Positions 50,480-62,286 of a stretch of 64,000 bases of DNA are shown here, piece by piece (positions within the stretch are counted from its first letter, which is position 1; each line of letters opens with the position of its first letter). Below the pieces are notes generated by a model. The model saw only the letters and a program-made list of their open reading frames with translations. It was not told where the DNA came from and did no database searches. The stretch lies in assembly GCA_024137785.1 (NCBI GenBank), contig JAHRHZ010000018.1, positions 32,281,307 through 32,345,306 of the forward strand, in the 5' to 3' direction. The position numbers and the translations under genes are program-made. The stretch is from Ginglymostoma cirratum. Taxonomy: Eukaryota.

Positions 50480-50870
50480 CAGCCATCAGAATACATGAAC
50501 ATCAACGAGCAGCAAAACAGCATGATGAACTCTCCTTAATATCGGTACACTCAGACAATGAAGACCATCAGGTTAACTGGGACAAAGTAACCACAGTTAC
50601 TTTGGTTCTTACCAAAGCCAAACATAGACACACACGGGAATTCCTAGAGGCATGGTTCTCCACCCATAATGCAATCAACAAACACATAGAAGTGGGCCCC
50701 ATATACGAACTCATACAGATCAAAACTGGAAATGACACTGCTCACCATAACGGACTGGACAGTATAAATTCCAAGTGGAGTAGAATAACATCGCTTCATT
50801 GGAGGCTCCCCGGATGATGCCACCCAGCATGGTGATGAAACGTCTGAACGAGAACAAGCCGGCTCGATGT
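50480..50870 (+). mobile_element. Penelope/Poseidon-type GIY-YIG C-terminal fragment with terminal hammerhead remnant (family C)
   Basis: AIRIHEHQRAAKQHDELSLISVHSDNEDHQVNWD...AKHRHTREFLEAWFSTHNAINKH, then cGGATGA-t-GCCACC-cagcat-GGTGAT-GAAA-C-GTC at 50811-50844. Confidence 0.8.
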
Positions 50871-50896
50871 TGAGATAGCATTTGGTTATCTTCCAC

Positions 50897-53420
50897 AGAA
50901 ATATAGAAAATAGGAGCAGGAATAGTACATTTGGCCCTTCAAGCCTGCTCCACCACTCAATATAATCATGACTGATCACATAACTCTGTACCTTGTTCCC
51001 ACTTTCCCTCTGTACCCTATGATCCCTTTAGCCCTAAGAACTTTATCTAATTCCTTCTTGAAAACATTCAACATTTTGGCCTCAACCACTTTCTGTGGCA
51101 AGAGAATTCCACAGGCTCAGCTCTGTCTGGGTGAAGACGTTTCTTCTCATCTCGGTTCTTAATAACCTACCCCATACCCTTAGACTGTGATGCCTGATTC
51201 TAGACTGACTGGTTATTGGGAATACCCTTCTTGCATTTACTCTGTACAGTTCTGTTAGAATTTTATTGGTTTCTATGAGATATCCCCTCGTTTGTTTAAA
51301 CTCCAGTGAATGTAGTCCTAACCGATCCAGTCTCTTCAAATATTAGTCCTACCATCCCAGGAATCAGTCTGGTAAACTTTTGTTGCTCTCTGTCCATGGC
51401 CAGAGCATCCTACCTCAGATAAGGAAACCAAAACTGCGTACAATACACTAGGTGTGGTCTCAACAAGGCCTTACACCATTGCAGCAAGACGTCCCTGCTC
51501 CTGGGCCCAAATCCTTTTGTATTTTGGCCTTCATAATGATTTTTCTTCCTCAATGCCTGCTGTATCTGCCTAGTTACTTTCAGCAACTGGTATATGAGGA
51601 CACCCAGGTCTCGTTGCACTTACCCCTTTCCTATTCTATTACCACTCAGATAATAGTCTGCCTTCTTGTATTTCCTATCAAAATGGATAACCGCTCATTT
51701 TCTGAGGAAGGGTCACTTGTACCTGAAAAATTAACTCTAATTTCTCTCCACGGATCATGCTGGACCTGCTGAGCTTATCCAGCAATATCTGTTTTTGTAA
51801 GCTCACATTTATCCACATCATTCTTCATCTGTCATGCATTTACCCACTCACCCAACGTGTTTAAATCATACTGAAGCATCTCTGCATCCTCATCATAGTT
51901 CACCCTCCCACCCAGCTTTGTGTTAACTGTAAACTTGAAGATATTACGTTGAGCTCCTTCATTTAAATCATTACTATATATAGTGAACAGCAAGGTCCAA
52001 GCATCGATCTGTGGTAACTCACTAGTTACTAGCTGCCATTTGGAAAAAGACCCATTCATTCCAACTCTTCGTTTCCTGTCTGCCAACCAGTTCTTCCTCC
52101 ATCTTTGTACACTATTCACAATCCCATGTGCTTTAACTTTCATGCTAATCTCTTAAATGGGACCTTATCGAAAGCTTTCTGAAAATCCAAGTAAACCACA
52201 CCCACTGCTTCTCTGTCATAAATTCTACTCGTTACATCCTTGAAAAACTCTAGTAGATTTGTCAAGCATTATTTCCCTTTTGTAAATCCGTGCTGGCTCT
52301 GTCCGATCCTGTCATTGGTTTTAAAGTGCTCTGCATTAAACATTTTATAATGGACTCCAGCATTTTCACCATTACCGATGCCAGACTATGAAGTCTATAA
52401 TTCTCTGTTTTCTCTCGAGCACTTTTATAAAGTAGTGGGGTTACATTAGCTACCATCCATTCCAGAGGAACTATTCCAGCGTCTATTGAATCTTGAATAA
52501 TGATCATCAATGCATCCACTATTTTTAGGGCCACTTCCTTAAGTACAATGAGCTGTAGATGATCAGGCTCAGGGATTTATTGGCTTTAAGTCCCATCAAT
52601 TTCCCCAAGATGATTTCCCTATTAATAACTGATTTCTTTCAGATTGCCCCTCTCTCTAGACCCTGCATTCCTCAACAATCTTTGGGACTTATTTGCATCT
52701 TCCCTTGTGAGGACAGAATCAAATCTGTACTTAATTAGTCTGTCATCACCTCGTTCTCCATTTATAATGTCCCCTGTTTCTGACTGTAAGGGAGGTACAT
52801 TTTTCTTGGCTAATCTTTTTCTCTTCACAATACCTATGAAAGCTTTACAATCAGATTGTATGTTCCTCTCAAGCTTACTGTCTTACTCTATTTTGTCCTT
52901 ATAATCAATCCTTGGGTTCTCCTTTGCTGAAACATAAGCTATTCCCAGTCCTTAGGTCTGCTGCTTTTCTTGACCAAGTTTTATGCCCCTTCCTTGGACC
53001 TTATGCTGTGCCTGATTTCCCTTGCTGACCATGGTCAGGCCTGCTTTCTTGTTTATTTTGGTGCTACACATGAATGAACAATTATTGCAGTTTCTGCATG
53101 CCACTTGTTAGATGTTTGCCGTTGCCAATCCACTGTTATCCCTTTGGGTAATGTTCCACAATTTATCATTGCCATCTCAAGCCTCGTACATTCATAGTTT
53201 CCTCTATTTACATTCAGGAACCTAGTCTCAGAATCAACTCTATCACTTTAGATCTTAATGAAGAATTCTATGCTATTATGGTCACTCTTTTCCAGGGGTC
53301 TTCACACAGCTACATTGCTAATAATTTCCTTTCTGATTATAAATTACCCAGTCCAGGATGGCCCCTTTTCTAGTCAATTCTTCAATGTATTGATCCAGAA
53401 AACCATCCTGCACATGCTAC
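50897..53420 (-). mobile_element. CR1 LINE, long decayed ORF2 plus 3' end
   Basis: Minus-strand peptides WMVANVTPLLYK..REKTENYR, NWLADRKRRVGMNGSFSKW, LRPHLVYCTQFWFPYLR and RLDRLGLHSLEF. Confidence 0.9.
51699..51798 (+). mobile_element. Solo Penelope terminus (family A) nested in CR1
   Basis: CTGAGGA-a-GGGTC-acttg-tacct-GAAA-aatt from 51702; the CR1 sequence resumes after it. Confidence 0.75.
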
Positions 53421-53469
53421 ACATATGTTTGGACTTGTGATAGAGAAAGAAAGAGAAACAAAATCTTGC

Positions 53470-55440
53470 AAGCAGACATTAGGGAGTTAGGTAAGAAATT
53501 GAAAAACAGAATTTCAAAGGTGGTAATCTCCAGAATATTCCTGGTGCCAAGCAGTAGTGAGTATAGGAATAGAACATATGAAAGCATGGCTGGAGTGACG
53601 ATGCTGGAGGGAGGGCTTTAGATTCCGAAAGTATTGGGATCATTTCTGGGGGAGGTGAGACTTGTACAAGTTAGAGAGTTTACATCTGAACAGGAATGGG
53701 ACCAACACTGTGGTGGGGAGGTTTGCCAATATGTAGATGTTGTGGTATATTTAAATTAGACTTACAGGGGGCTGGGATCCTGACAAGTAATTCAGAGGAG
53801 AGAGAGCAGTGTTAGAATTAGAAGTTAAAGTGCTGAAAGGCAAAGGAAACTTAAACTAGGTAAGAAACAAGCGAGTTTTGCAAAGATAAATAGGACTTAT
53901 TTTAATGCAAGGTACCTGAGGAATAAGACAGACAAGCTGAGGGCACAGGCACACACGAGTATGATATCATAGTTATGATTGAGATCAGTTGAAAGATGGG
54001 CAGTTTTGGCAGAATGAATTCTGAGTGACAGAATATACCTGCACATGGAGAGACATCAATCAATCAGGGATAGTCAATATTGATTTGTTAAGAGAAGATT
54101 ATGTTTGACAGATTTGATTGTATTTTTGTGAGAAGGTATGCAGGAATATTGGAACAAAAACAAAGTTGCTGGAAAAGCTCAGCAGGTCTGGCAGCATCTG
54201 TGAAGGAGAAAACAGAGTTAATGTTTCGGGTCCGGTGACCCTTCCTCAGGAATATTGATGACAGTAATGCATTTGATGTGATCTACGTGGACTTTACTAA
54301 AGGGTTATGATAAGAACCCTCATGGCAGATTGGTCAAGAAAATGAGAGCTCCTGGGACTCCAGGTGAAATGGCAGGCTAGATCTGAAATTGACCAAAAGG
54401 CAGGGAATGGGGGTGATAGTTGAGGGATGCTTCTGTGACTGGAAGTCTGTTTCTAGTGGAATTCCCCAGGAGTTGGTTCAAGGGCTCTTGCTATTTGTAG
54501 TACACTGACCATTTGGACTTAAACATAAGCGGCATGATCGAGAAGTTTGCAGATAACACTAAAATTGCTAGGCTGGTGAATAGTGAGGCAGATACTCGTA
54601 AACTGCAGAAGGATATCAACAGACTGGTCAGGTGGACAGAGTAGTGGCAAATGAAATTCAACCTAGAAAAGTGTGTGGTAATTTACTTCACAATTCTAAC
54701 CAGGCAGTGGATTACACTGTGAATCGTAAGACCCTGGAAATTATTGGAGATCAGAGGGACCTTGGTACGTATGTCCACAAATCCTTGAAGATAGCAGAGT
54801 TGGTAGTAACAATGGTTAAGAAGGCATATGGGATACTTGCTCTAATTAGTTGAGGCATAGAATACAAGAGCAGGGAGGTCATGCTGGAACTGTATTAGCT
54901 GCTGGTTAGGTCACAACTAGAGTATTGTGTGCAGTTCTAGTCACCACATTATAGGAAAGATGTGATTGAACTAGAGAGGATGCAGAGGAAATTTAACAGG
55001 ATTCTTTTGGGCTGGAGGGCCTGAGCTATGGGGAAAGATTGAATAACCAGGAGTTGTTTTCATTGAAGTATTGCTGGTTGAAAGGCGACCTGATTGAGAT
55101 ATATAAGATTATAAGGGACATTGATATAGTGGGTAGGAAGGCACTTATTCCATTTGTAAATGGATCAATAACCAGGGGCATAGATAAGCTAAGAAGTAGA
55201 GAGCTAAGTGGGGATTTGAGGAGAAATTTCTCAACCCAGATGGTGAGGGTGAGTCTGGAACTCACTGCCTGGAAGAGTGGTTGAGTCAGAAATTCTCATA
55301 ACATTGACACAACATTTACATATTCACTTGTGTTGCCATCGCCTCTAGGGCTCTGGTAAATGAGACTGCTGTAGTCAGATCTTTGTTCACCAACGTGGAC
55401 ATGATAGACTGAATGGCTTCCTTCTGTGCTGTAAATATGC
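53470..55440 (+). mobile_element. CR1 LINE with ORF1 SGNH-esterase remnant and internally deleted ORF2
   Basis: WREGFRF..WDHFWGR.DLYKLESLHLNRNGT (ORF1 esterase), RT motifs DVIYVDFTK, SGIPQ and KFADNTK, and a CR1 tail. Confidence 0.85.
54152..54249 (-). mobile_element. Solo Penelope terminus (family A) with hammerhead and perfect 11-bp TSD
   Basis: caggaatattg at 54141-54151 and 54247-54257. The minus strand of 54249-54217 reads CTGAGGA-a-GGGTC-accg-GACCC-GAAA-CATT. Confidence 0.88.
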
Positions 55441-56279
55441 ATCGTATGTGAGTTGAACAAAGATGATTAGTACTATGGGATGTTATTTAATTGACGTAAA
55501 ATTATGTTGCCAGGCATAACATTAGGAAGCATATTTGACTTAAATTATTCATATTACCATCCTTCTAATTCCTGTTTCTGAAGCTAATTAACATGATATT
55601 TACATGAAGCCCTATGATGTTAGACCTTTTATTCTTGTATGTATAGGGGAAGTATCATGAACAGAACAGTTTAAAACAAAGAATACGTCTGTGAACCTTG
55701 TGATTTTGTGAAGGCCTGTTAAGCTCTAGCTATCAAGTGTTGGGCATAAGCTTGTCAATTTTGAAACTCTATCGTCCTCCTTCTGACACCTTCCCAACCC
55801 CCATTTCCTTCTGTCTGCATCATTCACACACAATATAATCGTTGATAGAAGCTGACTAAATGGACAGGAAGAATTAATTTATCTGTTTTATGTTTCAAAG
55901 ACTGAATGGAAGAGCTGGGGTAAAATTAATGGAATGCATGGTTTTATTATTGCTAATGTCACTTTTTTTATTGAAGATTGCAATCACTGAATAACTGCTT
56001 ATTTATACCTATAGACTGGGTAATTCCTAAGTTTTAACAAGAACTCAACAGCTACTGAGAAAGAAGGCTTTGTGGTTTGTTCTTTCCTCAGTAATTTCCC
56101 ATAAATGCTTCTATGTGGAATTATGCATGTGATGTATGTTCTAGGACTATGTTGCACAATACAAAAGTCATCTGTTGGAGTTGTAATAACAAAACCAAAA
56201 ATTGTTGGAGAACTTGGATAATGAAAGCGTTCTTCCTGCAGATTTCAGGAAAAGTTGCATTTTGAGTTACCTTAGGCCG

Positions 56280-57610
56280 TAAGGCATAGGAGCAGAATTA
56301 GGCCATTCGGCCCATTGGGTCTGCTCTGCCGTTCAATCGTGGCTGATGTTTCATAACTACATTCTCCTGCCTTCTCCCTGGAATCTTTGATCTCCTTACC
56401 AATCAAAACCTATCTATCTCTGTTTTAAATGTACTCAATGATTTGGCCTCCGCAGTCTTCTGCGACAATGTGTTCCATAGTCTGGCTGAAGAATTTCTTC
56501 CTCATCTCAGTTTTAAGGGGTCAACCCTTCACTCTGGGTTTGTGCCCTCAGTTCCTAGTATCTCCTGTTAGTGGAAACATTTTCTCCATGTCCATTCTAG
56601 CCAGGCCTCTCAGTATTCTATAAGTTTCAATGAGATTCCCCCCTCATCTTTCTAAACTCAAAATATGGACCCAAAGTCCTCAACCACTGCTCATGTGACA
56701 AGCCCTTCATCCCCCAGATCATTGTTGTAAACCTCCTTTGGATCCATTCCAAGGCCAGCACACCCTTCCTTAGATATGGGGCCCAAAACCACTCTCAATA
56801 TTTCAAATACAGTCTGACCAGAGCCTCATACAGTCTATCAGCTGTACATCCCCACTCTTGTATTCTCGCCCTCTCGAAATGAATGCTAACATTGCATTTG
56901 CTTTCTTAACTGTAACAGCTACATGTTTATGCTTAAAGAATCCTGAACCAGGTCTTCTAAGTCCCGCTAAGCTTCAGATTCCTAAACGGGGAAAGGCTTC
57001 AGAAAATAATTTACATCTCTGTTTGTCCTACCAAAAGTGCATAACCTCACACTTTACCACATTGTTTTCCATCCGCCACTTCTTTGCCCACTCTCCTAAC
57101 CTGTCCAAGTCCTTCTGCAGCCTTCCTGTCTTCTCAACATGACCTGCCCCTCAATCTAATTTTGTGTTATCTGTAAACTTAGCAAGAATGCTCTGAGTTC
57201 CATCGTTCACATCATTAATGTATAATGTAAATAGTTTTGGTCCCAACATAGACGCGTGCAGAACTCCTCTAGTTGCTGGCTGCCAACCTGAGAAAGACCC
57301 CTTTATTCCTACTCTCTGCCGTCTGCCAGTCAGCCAGTCAGCCAGTCAGCCAGTCCTCTATCTATGCCAGCACCAAGCCCCTAACACCATGGACTTAATT
57401 TTATTTCACAGTCTTCTGTGAGGCAGCTTGTCAGAGGCCTTCTGGAAATTAATAATTGATCATGCCCACTAGCTGTCTTTTGTCAAACTTTCTCGTTACC
57501 TCCTACTGAATTCTATCAGATTTGTCAGGCATGACCTCCCCTTGATGAAGCCGTGCTGATTCAGCCCTGCTTTACCATGCATTTCCAAGTACTCTGCAGT
57601 CTCATCCTTC
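56280..57610 (-). mobile_element. CR1 LINE 3' part
   Basis: Reverse CR1 tail (cataggagcagaattaggccattcggccc) followed by RT-region sequence. Confidence 0.85.
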
Positions 57611-57749
57611 AAGTATCAAAAAGTCTTAGAAAAGGTCTGTCACGGATGAATAGTCTGTTCAATCCCAAATTCCAGCCATGTAATATTACATTTTGAAAAA
57701 TTAGTGCCAGCTAAATGCAGTTGGAATGAAAACTGCTATTTGGAGCATT

Positions 57750-58590
57750 AGAAATAAGGACAGAATTAGGCCAATCAGCCCTTCAAGTCTGTCATGCCAT
57801 TCAACAAGATCGTAGATAATCTGACCCAGTTTCAACCCTTCTTTCCTGCCGGCTTATCATAGCCCTCAACTCCCCAATATTTTCAAAATCTGGCAACTCC
57901 CTTTTAAGTACTTTCAGTGAGGTAGCTTCCACAGCGCTCAGGAGGAGAGAATTCCAAACATTCACTACCCTCTGGGTAGTGTTCTTGCACTCAGTTTTAA
58001 CTGAGTATCCCCTTATTCTCTAGCTATATCCCCAGATCAAGACTCCCCCACTAGCAGAAACATCTCAACATCTACCTTGTCAAATCCCTTCAGAATCTTG
58101 TATGTTTCAAGAAGATCCCCACACTTCATTCTTCTAACTTCAATGAATAAAGCCCTCAACCATTTAGCCATTTTTGATAAGTCTACCCCTTCATCCCAGA
58201 AATCAGCCTAGTGAATCTCTTTTGAATTGTCTCCAATGCCGATATAGCATTTCTTAACTATAGGAGGCTACAACCACACAGTCCTCCAGACGCGGTCTCA
58301 CCAATACCCTGCACAGTTGTATCAAGACTTGCTTATTTTTAAAACTCCAAACCCTAACAATAAAATCTCCCTCCCTTCTTGAAATAGGGGTGTCACGTTA
58401 ATGATTTTTCAATCTTCTGGAACTCTCCTGGAATGCAGTCAATTTTGAAATATTTTGACCAATGTCTCCATTATCTCTGCAGTAGCTTCCTTTAACATCA
58501 TTGGATGCAGGTCATCGGGTCCTGGTGACTTGTCTGCATTTAGTCCCATTAGTTTTTTCAAATGTTTTGTCCTTCACAATAGAGACAAAC
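57750..58590 (-). mobile_element. CR1 LINE fragments
   Basis: Reverse CR1 tail and ORF2 pieces (ggatgcaggtcatcgggtcctggtgacttgtc, read as DKSPGPDDLHP). Confidence 0.75.
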
Positions 58591-59384
58591 TCACCTCTTG
58601 TGAGTTTGAGGTGTAATTATGCTCTTTTGGAAGGGAGTGCTGCTTTTTTAAGCATTCAGTATTGTTGTGTGGAATTTTAAAAATAAAATTTCTGTCAGCT
58701 CTGTAAATTTTTTTGCTAATTCATGAGAACAAGGCACAACAAGCAACATTTTATTTTTAAAAAATCATTTTGCAAAGTATTTGAACAACTAAAACACTTG
58801 ATTTGAAAATAACACGAGATAAATTTAGTTTCTAGAGTCATTTGATTAAAGTCATAGACCTCCTTCAAACCTTGACCAATCATGGACTCTTGAGTTTACT
58901 TTTAAGACGGTTCAAGGCAAAGTTGCTTCAGTAAAATGGCGTGGGGGAAATTAATACCTGCAAAATCAGCTTAAGAGCTTTATTTTGCATGAAGCAGTGA
59001 AATATTTCTTCGGTTGGATAAATCAATAAGAAAAAACAAAGTGCACATGCAGAATAGTAACTGTAGCATGACATTTGAGCCTCAAAACAATAGTGATAAA
59101 GTTAGACTAAGTAATTCAGCACTTCTAATTCTGCTTCTAGCTTTTGAATACCAACTTATTTTCCAGGATTTTCTTGTTTCAAAAAAAGTGTGGCCAATGG
59201 TACTCTGTTGTTCAGGTGTCCATTAAATTGTGTTTTCTGGAGCAGGCAAGATATCCAGAAGTTGCTGTCCAACTTTGTCTTTGGCTTCATGAAATTGACA
59301 TCTCACAGTCCAGTCTGCTATTAAATTGCATTGAATGGTGTCAAATTTTGTTATTCAAACCTCTACTGCACAAATCTTTCACCA

Positions 59385-59830
59385 AATTCCATTTACCCGT
59401 CACACCTCTGCTTACTGACAACATTTGCTGCTTGACTGGCAACACCTCATCCTTATTCTCAAATCTTTCCATGACCTCATCCCTCCACATCTCTTAGCCT
59501 TGACCAATCCTAGCACCTTGGAATCTTTCATAATAGATCACCAGTTGCTGTTGTGGATCTCTACACCCATACAATTCTGGCCTCTTGTCGATCATAGATT
59601 GTCTTTCCCCACCATTGGTGGCTGCACCTTCAATTGCTTTATCCCTAAGATCGGATACGCCTTCCCTGAAATTTCTATACCCTCTATCACTTGCTCTTTA
59701 TATTGGCCCTAATACCTACAAGCTCTTGGTTGCCTATCCTAATCTTTCTTTATGTGGCTTGATATCACACTTCATTTGACAATCTGATATCCATTTATTA
59801 TGTTATAATATAAATGTGTATGTTTTGTTG
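59385..59830 (+). mobile_element. L2-type LINE 3' end
   Basis: cacacctctgcttactgac...aaatctttccatgacctc...ccaccattggtggctgcaccttca. Confidence 0.55.
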
Positions 59831-62081
59831 CATTTGATCAGTGGATATAAATTAAACTCCTCATAGAAGATAAAATCTTGTCCATTTTAGTCCTAGACAT
59901 CTTTTTAACACTTGCTAAATGTTAATTACTAATAACAACCTCGTCAGCCCTGAGAAGTAATTATTATAAGTATAGAATCTCATTCCTTAGGTTTTAATTG
60001 CTGGAGGTTTTAAAATAAAAGAAAAATTCCACAACAAAATGAGATTCATGATCTTTCTCTCTCTTTATTTCTTGATTGATTTTTTTCTTCTTTCCCGGTC
60101 TTTATCTTTCTGCACCTGATATGACATTGAATTTAGCCATCCTAATTTACACTTCCTTTTCTGGTGTTGTTAATTTCACAATTCTTCAGTCAGATAAGCA
60201 GTTGCTTGCCTTATTCGCTATGGTCCTAGCTGTCCTGTTTGTCCTCCTGCAGAATAATGCTACCAGCTCACACTTATAGCAATCTGTCATGCAAAATTAT
60301 TAAATATCTAAACATGCAAGGGTACATTTAACTACTAGTAGGCATTGGCACATGCCCTGCTGCAACAAAATGTGTTATAATGTGTCGGCTTAACCAGGGT
60401 TGACTCTGTGGTTTAAGAGATTCTAATATTTAGGTACTACAAAAGCATACTGTTGAGAAGTTATTTGGTGTTTTTTGAGGACTGTATAATTGCATAATTG
60501 TTCTGGAAGAGGCTTGATATTTTGTTGGATAGTCCCAGGTTCTGAAATTGTTTGCAAGATCATGAATCATTAATAATTGCAGAAATAAATATGCTGTTCC
60601 TTAATGTATCGGAGAAGATTTTAGCAGGAAATAATCACATATAAACATATGAGTTAAGAGCAGGAGTAGGCCACGTAACCCCTCAAGCCTGTTCCATCAT
60701 TAAATAAAGTCATGCCTGATCTCATTATAACCTCAATTACACATATCTGCTTACCCCTGATAATCTTTCACATCTGTGCTCACAAAAAATCTATCTCCCT
60801 CTTCCTTTTAAAAAAAAAATTGAACAATAATTGCTTTCCCTTCAGACTTGTTTCACTCCAGTCAAGGATTTCGGGTGCAAAAGTAGCAGGTTGATTTGCT
60901 AAGATTGCACAATACACTAAAATTTTAGCAGATCCTCTCAGTAAAACATTTTTATTTCTCATTTGTGTGTTTTTGGGTATTTATATATTTATCAAAATGT
61001 AAAAGCATTAGTATTACACGGAATGGACAGCTTCAGAGATGGCAAAGGAGTTACTGTGCAGTGGCTATACCCTTTTTCTTGAAGGGGCACATGAATATAC
61101 AAAACAAAGGAAGACTCAGTTGGTCCACCAGGCCTGGCCTATTTTGTCATAGTCTGATTTATACATGCATTGACCTGAATATAGGTACAGATGAGTCACA
61201 TTATTTCCTTCAAGAAACATTGTGACCAAAGTCAATTTAGGGGAACAATTGTACTTTGGGAAATTTGTTTCCAAAGTTCAAAGACCACTATACAAGTTCT
61301 AGGCATTTTATCGTCATTGAGGTGGATTGAGGCCCTTAATTGTCACTTAGTCAGTTAAAAGCCTCAATAGGCCTAAAGATAGGTGGTCTGTTGTTTGCCT
61401 TACCCACTGTACCATCCCCATGTTATGCCAAAAGAGTTTGGGGTGGGCAGGAAGGCATAGTCACCCAACATACTCTGTATGCCCAATAATTCTGTAAAGG
61501 TTACAAAAGGCCTTCAACTGAGTCTTCTTGATATCTTTCTCAAGGGTTGCTTATCACTGCATCATGTAAGGTGACCCAGATTTGGCATATCATCTAAATA
61601 ACACTGAAACAAGATAATTAATTGTACTGTTCTCTTTACCTACCATGCACATTGATAAAGACCATTTCCTGGAACAGACCCAGCATTGATCCTTCAAATC
61701 AGACTGTCCTTTACCCAACCCAACATCTCCACACTAATCTCCCAGCAAACCCCTCCCCCAATCTTGTTAAGTAGCATGAATTTCAACCAATTAGAGCAGA
61801 ATTGTTTTTGGGAAATGGTGTCACATTGAAGAAGTTAATCTTGAGGAACATTCAAGACAAGTTTTGTTGCATTTTACAAGAAGGCCAATCTGCCATATAT
61901 GTTTGAAATAAGCATTAACCTGCTGAAAGAAGACATTTTCTGTTGGATGTGGGGCTAAAATAAGGATAGTTATTGGATATCATTTAAGGAGAGTTAATTG
62001 GATTTTTTTTTGGGCTCAGTCAGTGTCAATCAATCTTATTTTCTTGACAGGGAAACAATCGTTTCTAATTCTGTATGAACT

Positions 62082-62286
62082 GTCCAGAGATGTGCAAGTT
62101 AGATGGATTAGCCATGTTAAATTGCCCCTAGTGTTCAGGGATGTGTAGGTTAGGTGTGTTAGCCATGGGAAATGCAGGGTTACGGGAATAGGGTAATGGG
62201 CTGGGTCTAGGTGAGATGCTGTTCAGAGGGTCAGTGTGGATTCGTTGGGCTGAATCACCTGTTTCTCCACTGTAGGGATTCTATAT
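62082..62286 (+). mobile_element. HE1-like V-SINE 3' part
   Basis: Duplicated gatgtg.a.gttag.tg..ttagccatg..aaat blocks and a HER1-like tail gggctgaatcacctgtttctccactgtagggattcta. Confidence 0.8.

Noticed and set aside
59014-59226. ORF with QNSNCSMTFEP, loosely like the TRAF5 N-terminus (QNSGNSISLDFEP)
   Set aside because: No RING cysteine pattern follows and there are no convincing splice sites; likely coincidence.
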